DNA of 64,000 nucleotides. Source: Methanobacteriota archaeon (GTDB lineage Archaea > Thermoplasmatota > Poseidoniia > Poseidoniales > Thalassarchaeaceae). This document shows, in pieces, positions 28,421 through 39,100 of this stretch. Numbering within the stretch: position 1 is the first letter of the stretch; the number at the start of each line of letters is the position of its first letter. The position numbers and the translations under genes are program-made. Location: positions 22,741 through 86,740 of the forward strand of contig JAPOKZ010000001.1 of the NCBI GenBank assembly GCA_029977385.1, read 5' to 3'. The notes under the pieces are model-generated. The model made no database searches, was not told the origin of the DNA, and saw only the letters and a program-made list of their open reading frames with translations.

Positions 28421-29023
28421 TCAATAGAATGGATTAGTACCAGCATCATGGTCTGTCAAATCGACAACTGCCGTGATTTCGGGAACTCCCTCGGTAATCA
28501 TTACCTCAATCCCCTCCTTCAGGGTTACATCCACCATGCCGCAGCCCTGGCAACCCCCTCCAAAGGAAATCATAGCCTTACCATCATCAACACCTACGAG
28601 ATCAACGTGACCACCATGAGACGCGACGAGTGGATTCACCTTACTTTCTATTACCTCTGCAACTGACTTGGAGACGTCATCTATCCAGAGTGGATTCGGG
28701 TTCTCGAAACTGAAACCCCCTCCCATTAGTGTCTCTTTATAGTCCAGAATTGTCCCGTCCAGATAAGGAGCGCTCCTAGACCCTACGAAGACTACTAGAC
28801 CATCTACTTCCGTTTCGAGGTCATCATCCAATGCATCATCTCTTCCTATGAGTTGCAAGTCATACTGAAAGCCCTTGGGGCCTCTACCAAGTATCACGAT
28901 CTTCAGAGCAACTTCGTCATCGTCAGCCTGTTCAGCGAACTTGTCCAGCATCTCCCTGGCCTTCTCAGTAATGCGTAGCATTGTATGTTGCAGGAAACCC
29001 TCATTCTTCAACCTGTTCTTCAT
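28421..29023 (-). CDS. Fe-S cluster biogenesis protein, NfuA-like (A-type-like N-domain plus Nfu domain)
   Basis: C-terminal Nfu signature GGGCQGCG; N-terminal IscA-like MLRITEKAREML; alternative start at 28981. Confidence 0.7.
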   Translation of the reverse strand: MKNRLKNEGFLQHTMLRITEKAREMLDKFAEQADDDEVALKIVILGRGPKGFQYDLQLIGRDDALDDDLETEVDGLVVFVGSRSAPYLDGTILDYKETLMGGGFSFENPNPLWIDDVSKSVAEVIESKVNPLVASHGGHVDLVGVDDGKAMISFGGGCQGCGMVDVTLKEGIEVMITEGVPEITAVVDLTDHDAGTNPFY

Positions 29024-29061
29024 TCAGACAAACTATTCACCTGACACCCAACCCAGGGCAT

Positions 29062-30060
29062 GTGACGCTAGACGAACTGGGCAGACCTCTGAGAGATCTC
29101 AGAGTCTCGGTTACAGATAGGTGCAACTTCAGATGTAGGTACTGCATGCCCAGGGAGGAATTTGGCAAGGGTCACAACTTCCTCCCAAAGAATGAGATTC
29201 TGACCTATGAAGAGATTAGCAACTTCGTCAGAGCCTGCAAACCCCTGGGACTAAGAAAGGTAAGGATCACCGGTGGTGAACCGCTACTAAGGCAGGATAT
29301 CCACCATCTGGTCAGACAACTATCATCCATGGAAGTGGAGGTAGCACTCACGACAAACGGATCACTTCTGGAAAAGAATGCAGTTTATCTAGCAGAATCA
29401 GGGCTCTCAAGGGTCACAATCAGCCTAGATGCAATAGACCAAGATGTACATTCCAGTATTACCGACTCCAAAGTCCCCGTTACAGATATCCTAGACGGAA
29501 TCTCCGCAGCAGTCAGATACGAACTGGGGCCTGTAAAGGTGAACTGCGTAGTACAACGGGGGGTGAACGAGGATCAGATTCCCAAGCTAGTCAGAAAATT
29601 CAGGGGGACTGGAGTCATTGTGCGATTCATCGAGTTCATGGATGTGGGTAACACAAATGGATGGACACAGGGCCAAGTCGTACCCACTTCCGAGATCATC
29701 GACTTCCTTTCGAGTGAATTCGACCTTACCCCTTTAGCGAGGCAATCCACTAGCGATGTGGCCACTAGATGGGCTCACTCAGACGGGTCAGGAGAGATCG
29801 GATTCATTTCCTCCGTTTCACAACCATTCTGCGGAGATTGCGTAAGAGCAAGGCTGTCTTCGGATGGCAAGTTTTTCACCTGCCTTTTCACAACCACTGG
29901 ACACGACATGTCAGCGTTAATCAGGTCTGACAGAGGAATGGCGGATCTATCTCATTCGGTCGAAGAAGTATGGTCTGCCAGGAAAGACAGATACAGTGAG
30001 GTGCGCTCCTCAAGCGCAATCTCCCTGCCCAGGGTAGAGATGTCCTACATCGGCGGTTGA
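29062..30060 (+). CDS. moaA: GTP 3',8-cyclase MoaA (radical SAM)
   Basis: CNFRCRYC radical-SAM triad, GGEPLLR, C-terminal CGDC. GTG start chosen to match the MoaA N-terminus; the ORF track gives ATG at 28981. Confidence 0.85.
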   Translation: MTLDELGRPLRDLRVSVTDRCNFRCRYCMPREEFGKGHNFLPKNEILTYEEISNFVRACKPLGLRKVRITGGEPLLRQDIHHLVRQLSSMEVEVALTTNGSLLEKNAVYLAESGLSRVTISLDAIDQDVHSSITDSKVPVTDILDGISAAVRYELGPVKVNCVVQRGVNEDQIPKLVRKFRGTGVIVRFIEFMDVGNTNGWTQGQVVPTSEIIDFLSSEFDLTPLARQSTSDVATRWAHSDGSGEIGFISSVSQPFCGDCVRARLSSDGKFFTCLFTTTGHDMSALIRSDRGMADLSHSVEEVWSARKDRYSEVRSSSAISLPRVEMSYIGG

Positions 30061-31385
30061 AACGACATAGCGGCCTCGACCACAGCATCCCAGGGAGCAG
30101 TGGTCCTGAAAGATGGCTTTCCATAACCGGAAATCGCGGCCAGTTGACCATTCTGCCTAAGTGCCTCAACAATCTTTCGTGGACTAGGAGGAGCACCGGT
30201 TCCAAGCCATGCAGCCAGATCATCCACAACCACCAAGTTACTGGAGTCAATCACCTGGGACTCCTCTGCTAGGTGTCTGACACTTTTGGTAACCTTCCTC
30301 CTCTCAGCCTCGTACCTCTTCTGACTCCAACCTACTGGATCATCGGAGATGAAGGCAGGCCCGCAGCTCTCCAGTGCTCGTTCCTCAGACATTGAAGACA
30401 TAGCCTCCCTATCGCCAGTGGGGCCTATCCACAGAGGTCCTGATACTCGGGGGTCCTCCCTATCCACTGGGAAGTTCAGTGGAAGCATGCAGTACATTGG
30501 AAGAACATCTCCACCACTGTCTACTTGTAACCCAGAACCAATTGAAGCAAAAACCTCCTCTTTGCTGGGGGCGAACACCCTCCATCCAATTCTCTCCTCC
30601 AGTATATTAGCCGAAGAAACACTCTTCATGACCCTGAATGACACTCTAAGGTGATGAGAGTCCCAAATCGAAAGAAGTGGTTCTATCGCTCTATCGTGCC
30701 TGGCAGCTATTCTGGAGATATTTGACAGCATAACCCTCATCCCAGAATCATGAGCAAGACAATCGGTCCTAACCCTGGCACCATACCTCCTCATTAGAGC
30801 GGTTTTGGAGGAGCCAGTCAAAGCAGCTGTATCCGTCGCGCTGACTTCCATCACCCCACTCCTAGCCATGGATTGCATAGCCGAGTCAATGAATGGAACT
30901 GGAGAACCATATGGGTCGATGTCAATCCAGTGCCTACCACTGCTGAGAACTGCTGTTCTCAGGTCTCCTTGGAATGTTTGCAATCCACCCACTCCCTCTG
31001 GTGGAGGGAACTCCATCTGCGATGATCTAGCCCATTCAAGTGCCTCTTCCTCCAAATCAACTATTGTTGCTGATATTCTAGACGATATCTCTAATGGCAA
31101 CTCATTCAGCCATCTCCTGGCTCTAAGACCTGAGGCGGTTAGCCCATCGAGAGCGTATACGGTACCATCTCCAAGCATTCCTTCCTCCATAGCATGCCTA
31201 AACAGCAGAACGCTTCGAGTCCTACTTCCAGCCATTGCAGGGTTGTAGAAAACCTCTCCAGAAGACTTTGCAGAGGGCCCCTGTACATCCTCGGGTAGAT
31301 GGGGCAAGAGCATCAGCGTCCTTCCCTCACGATGAGGCACGGCTCGCTCGCCTTCAGACATGGCTCCCGCAGGGCAACCCGACAA
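30045..31385 (-). CDS. trm1: tRNA (guanine26-N2)-dimethyltransferase Trm1
   Basis: FYNPAMAGSRTRSV, LDGLTASGLRARRW... TRM1 family blocks. Confidence 0.8.
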   Translation of the reverse strand: MSGCPAGAMSEGERAVPHREGRTLMLLPHLPEDVQGPSAKSSGEVFYNPAMAGSRTRSVLLFRHAMEEGMLGDGTVYALDGLTASGLRARRWLNELPLEISSRISATIVDLEEEALEWARSSQMEFPPPEGVGGLQTFQGDLRTAVLSSGRHWIDIDPYGSPVPFIDSAMQSMARSGVMEVSATDTAALTGSSKTALMRRYGARVRTDCLAHDSGMRVMLSNISRIAARHDRAIEPLLSIWDSHHLRVSFRVMKSVSSANILEERIGWRVFAPSKEEVFASIGSGLQVDSGGDVLPMYCMLPLNFPVDREDPRVSGPLWIGPTGDREAMSSMSEERALESCGPAFISDDPVGWSQKRYEAERRKVTKSVRHLAEESQVIDSSNLVVVDDLAAWLGTGAPPSPRKIVEALRQNGQLAAISGYGKPSFRTTAPWDAVVEAAMSFQPPM

Positions 31386-31401
31386 AAGGAATTACCAATG
31401 A

Positions 31402-32574
31402 TTAGTAGTGAGAGAATACGACTTCTGGATCGGAATGAGTAACCTTTCCACCATTATCGACTACTCTACCGACAATCCTACTTCCTGGAAGCCTTTCACT
31501 CAGCCACCTCTCAGTCGAATCAGCGGAGACTTCTGATACCGCCACCACCATACCCATCCCCATATTGAAGGTCCTGTGCATCTCAAGTGAGCTAACGGAT
31601 CCGATTTCAGATATCCACTCAAACTCTGGCTGTGGGGCTAGAGGCATCCCTATTTCCCAACCCAGAGTAGTGTGAAGACGGAGCAAGTTCGACAAACCTC
31701 CACCCGTGATATGAGCAATTGCCTTAATGCAACCCGGACTCAGCACTCCCCCCTCTGTCCTCGATTCCATCACCAATTCAACAACCGGGTCAACGTAGAT
31801 CCTTGTGGGGTTCAGAATTACCTCAGCAAGTGTGATGACTCCCTCAATTTCGGAGAACCTACTTATTTCTCTGGAATCATGGCTAGGATCGAACGGACAC
31901 GCATCCTCCAATGAGCAGCCAGACCTCTCAATCACCGCTCTGACAAGTGTGAAACCATTGGAGTGAATCCCACTGCTAGGAAGGCCAATCAGCACATCTC
32001 CTTCCTCAAGGCTCTCTCCTGTGATCCCCCCTCCCTTTGGAAACCATCCTAGAGCAGTCCCAGACAGGTCTAGCTCCTTCACAATCCCTGGAAGCGTAGC
32101 CGTCTCCCCTCCCGCCAATGTTACTCTGGCTGTATTGCATGCATGGGAAAGAGACTTGCCCAAAGATGCGTGAACCAACGGATTCGCCTCAGGAACCGCG
32201 ATGTAATCTACGAATGCAATAGGCTCAGCACCAACACAGATTAGATCATTCACGTTCATAGCAACGCAATCAAAGCCCACTCCACCCAATTGTTCGACAC
32301 TGCTCGCTATTTGCAATTTGGAACCAACACCATCGGTCGCTAGTACGAGACAAGAGTCTCCGAATTCGACTATCCCCCCGAATCCCCCTGGGAGATGAAC
32401 TGGAGCACCAATCTCTCCTGGAGCTCTGCTAGAAGAGGCCAACGAACCAATTAGACTAGCTACTGCTTTAGCTTCCAAATCTATGTCTACTCCGCTCGAT
32501 GCGTAGTCCATTGGCTCGTCCATGGCAACCCGCACAAAACCAAGAACTTCATTCTCTCGGAAGGATAACCTCAT
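31402..32574 (-). CDS. purM: Phosphoribosylformylglycinamidine cyclo-ligase (AIR synthase)
   Basis: YASSGVDIDLEA..., GGFGG, DGVGSK... PurM blocks. Probable start MDEPMDY at 32523. Confidence 0.85.
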   Translation of the reverse strand: MRLSFRENEVLGFVRVAMDEPMDYASSGVDIDLEAKAVASLIGSLASSSRAPGEIGAPVHLPGGFGGIVEFGDSCLVLATDGVGSKLQIASSVEQLGGVGFDCVAMNVNDLICVGAEPIAFVDYIAVPEANPLVHASLGKSLSHACNTARVTLAGGETATLPGIVKELDLSGTALGWFPKGGGITGESLEEGDVLIGLPSSGIHSNGFTLVRAVIERSGCSLEDACPFDPSHDSREISRFSEIEGVITLAEVILNPTRIYVDPVVELVMESRTEGGVLSPGCIKAIAHITGGGLSNLLRLHTTLGWEIGMPLAPQPEFEWISEIGSVSSLEMHRTFNMGMGMVVAVSEVSADSTERWLSERLPGSRIVGRVVDNGGKVTHSDPEVVFSHY

Positions 32575-32702
32575 TCATACAAAATAATACTGAGAAAAAA
32601 ACCTTGTTTTTCGGCCAATAGGGGTCTTTTTTTGGCCCTGCTTATAAAGATAATAATCAATAATCTCTATATGTAAAAGGTATCTCGGGCGGCACGGATA
32701 GT
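32575..32702. promoter_or_regulatory. Divergent promoter region for purM and the liv operon; AT-rich with TATA-like elements and inverted repeat ggccaa-N13-ttggcc
   Basis: Seen in sequence: cttataaagataataatcaata, tatatgtaaaagg. Confidence 0.4.
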
Positions 32703-35700
32703 GTGAATACTATGTATAATAAGAAAATGATAGCAATGATGCTTACCCTGAGCATGCTAGCGGCTAGTCTCGCTGGATGTGCAGGGGGGGACGATGACGA
32801 CGACACGTCAGAGTGGGCCATTTCGATGGCTAGCGACGTGGAGGCAGTCTGGGTGGAGTCCGGATGGGACCCCATCATACCCAACCTGAATGACGGCCAG
32901 ATGTGCGACGTAATCATCTCGGCGATGACCAAGACTGAGGCGCGCGACCAAGTCGTCGACTTCACCAGGGCTTACTACACAAGCAGCCAGGGTGTGATCG
33001 GCGGATCAGGTGCAGCATCCATCACATCGGTGTCTGACCTAAACGCAGCAGGAACGACCATCGGTGTCCAGTCAGGGACAACCTCGGACCTGTACGCCAA
33101 CGATAACCTCGCTATGGCCACAATCAGTGCATACGAGGACTTCCCATCGGTCATCTCCGCTCTGAACAACGGAGACGTCATGTACGCAATGGGCGACGCA
33201 CCCGTTCTCTCTCTGGAGGGCACCCTGATGGTGACCTTCTCCGACGAGAACTTCGGGTTCGCAGTCCGCGAGGACTCTGGGGAACTCCTAGATGCCCTCA
33301 ACATGGCAATTGGCGCCGTAGTCGACTCTGGCGAGTACGACACAATCTACGGGGCTTCCTTCGATGGAGCAGTAACCCTAGCAGATGACACAACCGCTGA
33401 CACGGCAACGGCTTACCCAGCCTCGCCCAGCGAGGGGTCAACCCTGACAGGGGTTCTGGAGTCCGGGCAGCTGAAGATCTGCACCGACCCGTTCTACCCT
33501 CCATTCGAGAGCTACGACGCAGACAACAACGTCGTCGGCTTCGATGCAGACATGGCACACGCCGTGGTAGACGAGATCGCAGCCCACTACATGGGAACAG
33601 CGAACCCAGTCTTCGCCGCTCCTAAGACGGTAATCAAGCTCGGCGTCCTCTACGACAACGAAGCCGATCTAGCAAACTTCGCCCCCGGGTTCAACTTCGC
33701 AAGGGATACGGCGTTCGCAGACCTCAACGCCAACAACCCAAGCTACGACTTCCAAATGGTCTACGCAAGCACCGCTTGCAATGAGGCTGGCGGTCAGACA
33801 GCTGCGCAGGCAGTCAAGGACGCAGGCGTCGTCGGTGTCGCAGGGGCAGCATGCTCCGGAGCATCAATGGGTGCCAACTCCATACTGAAGGAGGCAGGGA
33901 TACCAATGATCTCCTTTGCGAGCACATCCCCGGCACTAAGCGATGCGGCTTCGTACGCTCACTTCTACAGGGTAGTACCAAGCGACTCATTCCAGGGTGA
34001 TGCATTGGCAGACGTAATCTCGGCTGCTGGTCACAGGAACACTGCAATCCTCTCGATGACGAACGCGTATGGTGCAGGCGTCGGTGACGCCTTCGCAGCG
34101 GCATTCAACGCGAAGGATGGGCACCAGGTCTGCACTAGATACGCCTACGACCCCGCTGCTCTCACCGCCTCCGTTGTCGGTGACGCGATCGCAGCAGTAG
34201 CCGTAGGAGACGCCGATGGAAACCCATGCGACTCCGTACTAGTGGCATCTTACTCCCCAGACGGCGCGCAGATGGTAGGCGGACTGAGGCTTACAGGCAG
34301 CATGATACCTGCTTTCGGACCAGATGGAATGGCAGGCTCCTCAGTGCTAGACGCATTCGGATCCGACACCATCGCTTCCAATGGAATCGTCGCCACTAAG
34401 CCGGGCGGAACCGGAGTGAGCACCGGAGACTTCCCACAAAGGTGCCTAGACAACGCTGATTGCGCATCTGGGATTTTCACCTCAGAGCTGTACGACGCAG
34501 TAATGATGCTAGGGGAAGCCGCAATGATGGATGATGGTGCCGATATGGGCATGCATGTCCCAATGGTTGGCGCAGGAGACGGATACGCAGGTGCCTCGGG
34601 CACCCACGTCTTCTCCTCCAACGGTGACGTGCCTGGTGAGGCGTACAACTACAACGTGTGCACCTTCCACCACGTTCCTACCTACGGCGATTACTTCAAC
34701 TGCGACAGGCAGTGGACAGTAGCCGATGGTCTTGAGGACGTGGAATTCACTGGAACGACTGTGAAGATCGGATTCATGGGCGACATCACAAGCCCTGCCA
34801 TCGCAGATCTTTGGGCATCCTTCGCTGTCTCGTACGGGATAGCCGAGACACTAGCCAACTACATTGCCTACAACCAGGGAGTGCAGTTCCAGTTCATTCC
34901 AGCGGACTCGGCTTGCGGTGATCCAAACATCGTAACGGCAAGCGCTCAAGCCCTAGTGGCTGCAGGCGTATGGGGTGTTGTCGGAGCAGCCTGCTCCGGA
35001 GCATCAACAGCCGCTAACGCAGTCTTCAAGGAGGCAGGAATACCAATGATCTCCTACGCGAGCACCGCATCGGTACTGAGCGACGACGCTGCTCACCCTC
35101 TCTTCTGGAGAGTGGTGTCAAGCGATATCGAGCAGTCCGCCGCTCTTGCTGATGTTGTGGATGCAAACGGAGACGGTGGCAGCATCGCTATCCTCCTTGC
35201 ACAGGACGTGTACACCGCTGGCATCGCATCAGGTTTCAGAGCAGCATTGGAGGCCAAGGGCCACACCATCTGTACTGAGGTGACGTACGACAGGACTACG
35301 GCTGGGTCCACGACCTACCAAGATCTCGTTAATACCGTGCAGACCGATAACTGTGGTGCTGTGGCTGTGTTCGCATACAACGCAGATGGCGCTGGGATCC
35401 TCGAGGAGCTAGCTACCCAAGGGTTCACTGGACAGGTATACGGAAGCGACGGAATAGCCTCGGTCACTGTGGCTGACTCCATGGGCTCGGACAAGACTCC
35501 GATCCACGGTGTGATTGCTACCAACCCGGGAGCACCAGATTGGATTGTCGGACCAGATGCCAACGCAGTGCAGGAGGTTTTCCCACTGCTTTGGTCCCAG
35601 TTCGCCTTCGCAGACGTATGTAACCTAGACATACGCGGAGCTGAAGGAGGAGGACCCGACGGAATTAGCGATTACACACTAGTTGCCGTCCTAGAGCAGG

Positions 35701-36044
35701 CAGGAATTACCTGCCCAGCAGAAAACCTGACTACAGGCGCATCGGTCCCCAAGGGACAGTTCGCCGAGTCCGCCTTCGACGCATCTGTGATAATGGGGCT
35801 CTCTGCTTTCGCTTTCCTAGCGGCAGCAGGCACCGACGCACCGATCACAGCGGCACAGGCGATTCAGGTCACTGGACAAGGCTTCAATGGAGCCTCCGGC
35901 ACCATGTCGTTCATGGCTAACGGAGATGTTGCTGGTACAGGGTACTGCATCGGAACCTTCGATGTTGCCTCAGACGGCACGGTCAGCTTCAACTGCTCTC
36001 AGGCTTGGGTTGATGGGGTAATCTCCGATCAGCCTGCTGAGTAA
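32703..36044 (+). CDS. Lipoprotein with three fused ABC substrate-binding domains (one polar amino-acid SBP family-3-like plus two LivK/branched-chain type-1 domains)
   Basis: Signal plus lipobox LAGCAGG followed by a poly-D linker. The block GVVGVAGAACSGASMGANSILKEAGIPMISFASTS is repeated as GVWGVVGAACSGASTAANAVFKEAGIPMISYASTAS (LivK signature). Confidence 0.8.
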   Translation: MNTMYNKKMIAMMLTLSMLAASLAGCAGGDDDDDTSEWAISMASDVEAVWVESGWDPIIPNLNDGQMCDVIISAMTKTEARDQVVDFTRAYYTSSQGVIGGSGAASITSVSDLNAAGTTIGVQSGTTSDLYANDNLAMATISAYEDFPSVISALNNGDVMYAMGDAPVLSLEGTLMVTFSDENFGFAVREDSGELLDALNMAIGAVVDSGEYDTIYGASFDGAVTLADDTTADTATAYPASPSEGSTLTGVLESGQLKICTDPFYPPFESYDADNNVVGFDADMAHAVVDEIAAHYMGTANPVFAAPKTVIKLGVLYDNEADLANFAPGFNFARDTAFADLNANNPSYDFQMVYASTACNEAGGQTAAQAVKDAGVVGVAGAACSGASMGANSILKEAGIPMISFASTSPALSDAASYAHFYRVVPSDSFQGDALADVISAAGHRNTAILSMTNAYGAGVGDAFAAAFNAKDGHQVCTRYAYDPAALTASVVGDAIAAVAVGDADGNPCDSVLVASYSPDGAQMVGGLRLTGSMIPAFGPDGMAGSSVLDAFGSDTIASNGIVATKPGGTGVSTGDFPQRCLDNADCASGIFTSELYDAVMMLGEAAMMDDGADMGMHVPMVGAGDGYAGASGTHVFSSNGDVPGEAYNYNVCTFHHVPTYGDYFNCDRQWTVADGLEDVEFTGTTVKIGFMGDITSPAIADLWASFAVSYGIAETLANYIAYNQGVQFQFIPADSACGDPNIVTASAQALVAAGVWGVVGAACSGASTAANAVFKEAGIPMISYASTASVLSDDAAHPLFWRVVSSDIEQSAALADVVDANGDGGSIAILLAQDVYTAGIASGFRAALEAKGHTICTEVTYDRTTAGSTTYQDLVNTVQTDNCGAVAVFAYNADGAGILEELATQGFTGQVYGSDGIASVTVADSMGSDKTPIHGVIATNPGAPDWIVGPDANAVQEVFPLLWSQFAFADVCNLDIRGAEGGGPDGISDYTLVAVLEQAGITCPAENLTTGASVPKGQFAESAFDASVIMGLSAFAFLAAAGTDAPITAAQAIQVTGQGFNGASGTMSFMANGDVAGTGYCIGTFDVASDGTVSFNCSQAWVDGVISDQPAE

Positions 36045-36073
36045 GCTAAGAACTGAAAACAGGGATACGTAAA

Positions 36074-36105
36074 GCAGTGCGGCGGGATTATTCCCGCCGC
36101 ACTGC
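36074..36105 (+). terminator. Perfect 14-bp stem-loop (gcagtgcggcggga tta ttcccgccgcactgc) between the SBP gene and the permease gene
   Basis: Seen directly in sequence, 30 nt after the SBP stop; likely intra-operon attenuator or mRNA-stabilising hairpin. Confidence 0.6.
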
Positions 36106-36149
36106 CCCAACTCAACTTTAATGCAACATAACCTGCTCACGGTCTTGTT

Positions 36150-39100
36150 ATGTTAGGTGGCAAAGCACCTCTGGCCCCTCTCCTGCTCTTCGACGCTCTC
36201 GTTCTAGGCCTGCTATTTGGCTTCGGAACCCTCAACATCCTGGATAGGCTTCTTCTGGGATCAATCCCAAACGACATGGTGTGGCTTCTACAGATAGTAC
36301 AGTCACTCTCATGTGGGTTCGCTATGGTGAAGATAGTCCTAGAGATGCCTGCAAACCCCTCACCGATGCTGGATACCCTCCGGAGAGTGGCAGTCATAAC
36401 ATCCCCCGCGTTGCTATTCGCCCTCGTTATCCTAACAATAGAAATGCTTCTCCAAGGACAGGAAAAGAGCGCGTCAATAACCTTCGACCTCACCTCTCTT
36501 GGAACCTCGACACTAATGTGGGCTGCCACCTACCTCTCCATTGCAATAGGGCTAACCCTCACCTACAAGGTGCAGAGATACGGCAACTTCGCCCAGTCCG
36601 AGCTATACATGGTCGGGATGTTCTTTGGGTTGATATTGGGTTGGAGCGAGCACTACTACGTACTAAGCGAGGCTCCATCAGACGGAGTTATCGCCTGGTC
36701 TCTCCTAATCAGAACAGTCGTATTCGCCTTCGTCCTCACTGGGATAATCGGGGTTATCATTGACAGAGCAGTATACAGGGGATTCAGGATCAGGGATGCA
36801 AGCCCGCAGGTGATGATGATCGCATCCCTCGGCGTCGCACTCATCCTGAGGTCGCTGTATTTCCTGAGATTCTCCAGCAGCAAAGAACGATTCTTCCCGG
36901 ATGCTGATTTCACTAGTCGGACATCCAAATGGGAACTACCTACCACATGGGTCAGGCTGAATCTCGGTGATAGAGACCCTGCCTCTGGCAGCTATTCCCA
37001 GTTGAACTGCGAGCAGACAGGCGTAGATGCAGGGACCGGGGAGCCAATACTGAGTCGAATTGTCTCCGAATCAAAGCCGTTGATGGAGGTTTACGACCAC
37101 TCGATCGACTGCGTAACCCCCCTCAGTTTCAACCTGTCATATGCAAATGGGTCGCTGCCTGTGGTGGTTTTCCTGTCGGTAGCTATGCTAGTTCTACTCC
37201 TTAACAAGACCAGGCTCGGAATGAGGATGAGGGCAGTGGCTGACAACCCAGAACTAGCCGCAAGTAGCGGAATCAATGTTGAGAGGGTTCAGCAGACCAG
37301 CGCATTCCTATCTGCTGGAGTGACTGGCGCAGGTGGTGCGATATTCTCTGTCACGCTCCTGTTCAACCCTGTCACCGGATTCACCATCTTGCTTCCCGCA
37401 TTCGCGGTAATTGTTCTGGGTACGATCGGATCGGTTAGTGGTGCAATCGTCGCTTCTCTGCTGGTCGGATTCGTGAGGGCCTCGTCAACCCCCATCCTGA
37501 CCGGAGTAGGCAACCCGCTCGAAAGGTCGGGATACTCTGCAATGTCCGGAGTCATACCCTATATCTTCCTGATAGCTATCCTCATTGTTCTCCCCAAGGG
37601 ATTGGGAGATGCTTGGGAGAGGTGGAGCATCGAGAGGGAGAGGATCCGGAGCCGGAGAGACAGGAAGGATCCAAATCCTGGGATAGTTGCAGCCCTGGCC
37701 ATCCTCCCTACAGGCATCCTTGGAGTCCATCATTGGGCAAGAGGAAGATCGGATAAGGCACAGAATTTCTCAATAATAGCAATCGGATCCTATGTGCTAC
37801 ATCGAATCCTCGGGTTCATCGGTGGGAACTCAATAGCCGACGGTGCATGCTCTCACGAGTGCAAGTCCAGTGGCGTAGGCTCGAACTTGGAACTTATCAC
37901 GGGGTCCGAGGGTTCCTCCCTGTCAATAGAACACTCCCCATTTCTCTTTGATCTCCCTAGAGAACAGGATCAGAAATGGTATGATCTCATGGAAACGGAG
38001 TTACAACTCGTAAACCTGCTCTCGGATATATCCGATTTACTCTGGCCATGGGTTCCAATACTCCTATGGATGATTGCCATATGGCAGGGAATTCGGCTAT
38101 TCAGTGGAGAGGGGGAACCTCGCAAGAACACAATCCCTCATGTAACAAATGTGTCCTCCATGCTGAGCCCAATCAGGAAGGAGTTCAGAGCGATAATCTC
38201 CAAGCTCTCAGATAGAATTTCTATCATCAACAACGCGCACTCTGAACTCGTGGATAAGGCCCGCCAATCCATATCGAAAACCCTATCCAACTTCTCTGGC
38301 AAGATTAGGTCCGCGCTAGCGGAGAAACTCAATAAGATCGACACAGATAGGCTTCAGAGCCTGAGCGACCCATATGGTAGAGAGGGCGAAAGAGGCTCGT
38401 GGTTCGCGTTCTCATTGATGATGCTGTTCGTAATCTGGCTAATCTGGTGGCTACCCATCACAGGCAGTCCAGACACATTCAGGTGGGACAAGATATACCA
38501 GTCATCCAATGTAATTTCTACAATCTGCGTATTCGTTCTGATGTCTTTCGCTCTCAACCTCCACACCGGTTACACTGGAATGGTCAACTTTGGGATAATC
38601 TTCTTCGTCGGTGTAGGTGCGATAACCGTCGCTATCCTCTCGGCCCCGAAAAACTACTACGGATACGGTTGGGGAATTCTACCTGCCACTATCTTTGCCG
38701 TGTTGCTATCAGCAGCAATCGGATGGGGCCTGGCCTATCCCACCGCGCGCCTCAGGACCGATTACTTCGCCATTGTTACGATATCACTCGGTGAAGTTGT
38801 CAGGATACTGCTTTCCGCAGAGCCACTGCTCAGAACAGGGCCAGTAAAATCCGCCATAGGAATCGGAAGTTTCCCACTCCCTCTCAAGGAGTGGTGGTTC
38901 TGTGGAGATGTCAAGACCGGCCCCGAGGAGCAATTCATCAGTCCGGACTACTGCAAGTGGGCGAACCCCACACTCGACTCCCCTTCGAATACCGTGTCGG
39001 AAATCCTATCTCTGGGGGGAGAGCCAGCCCCGTACTCCCTACTCTTGGCGGTGTTCTCTGTCGGGGCGGTGGCTATCGTGTGGATTCTCCTATCGAGACT

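Noticed and set aside
36137-36529. 130-aa minus-strand ORF and 160-aa plus-strand alternative-frame ORF at the permease 5' end
   Set aside because: Overlap the LivH-like TM region whose frame gives a coherent hydrophobic protein; alternative frames are Arg/Pro-rich noise.
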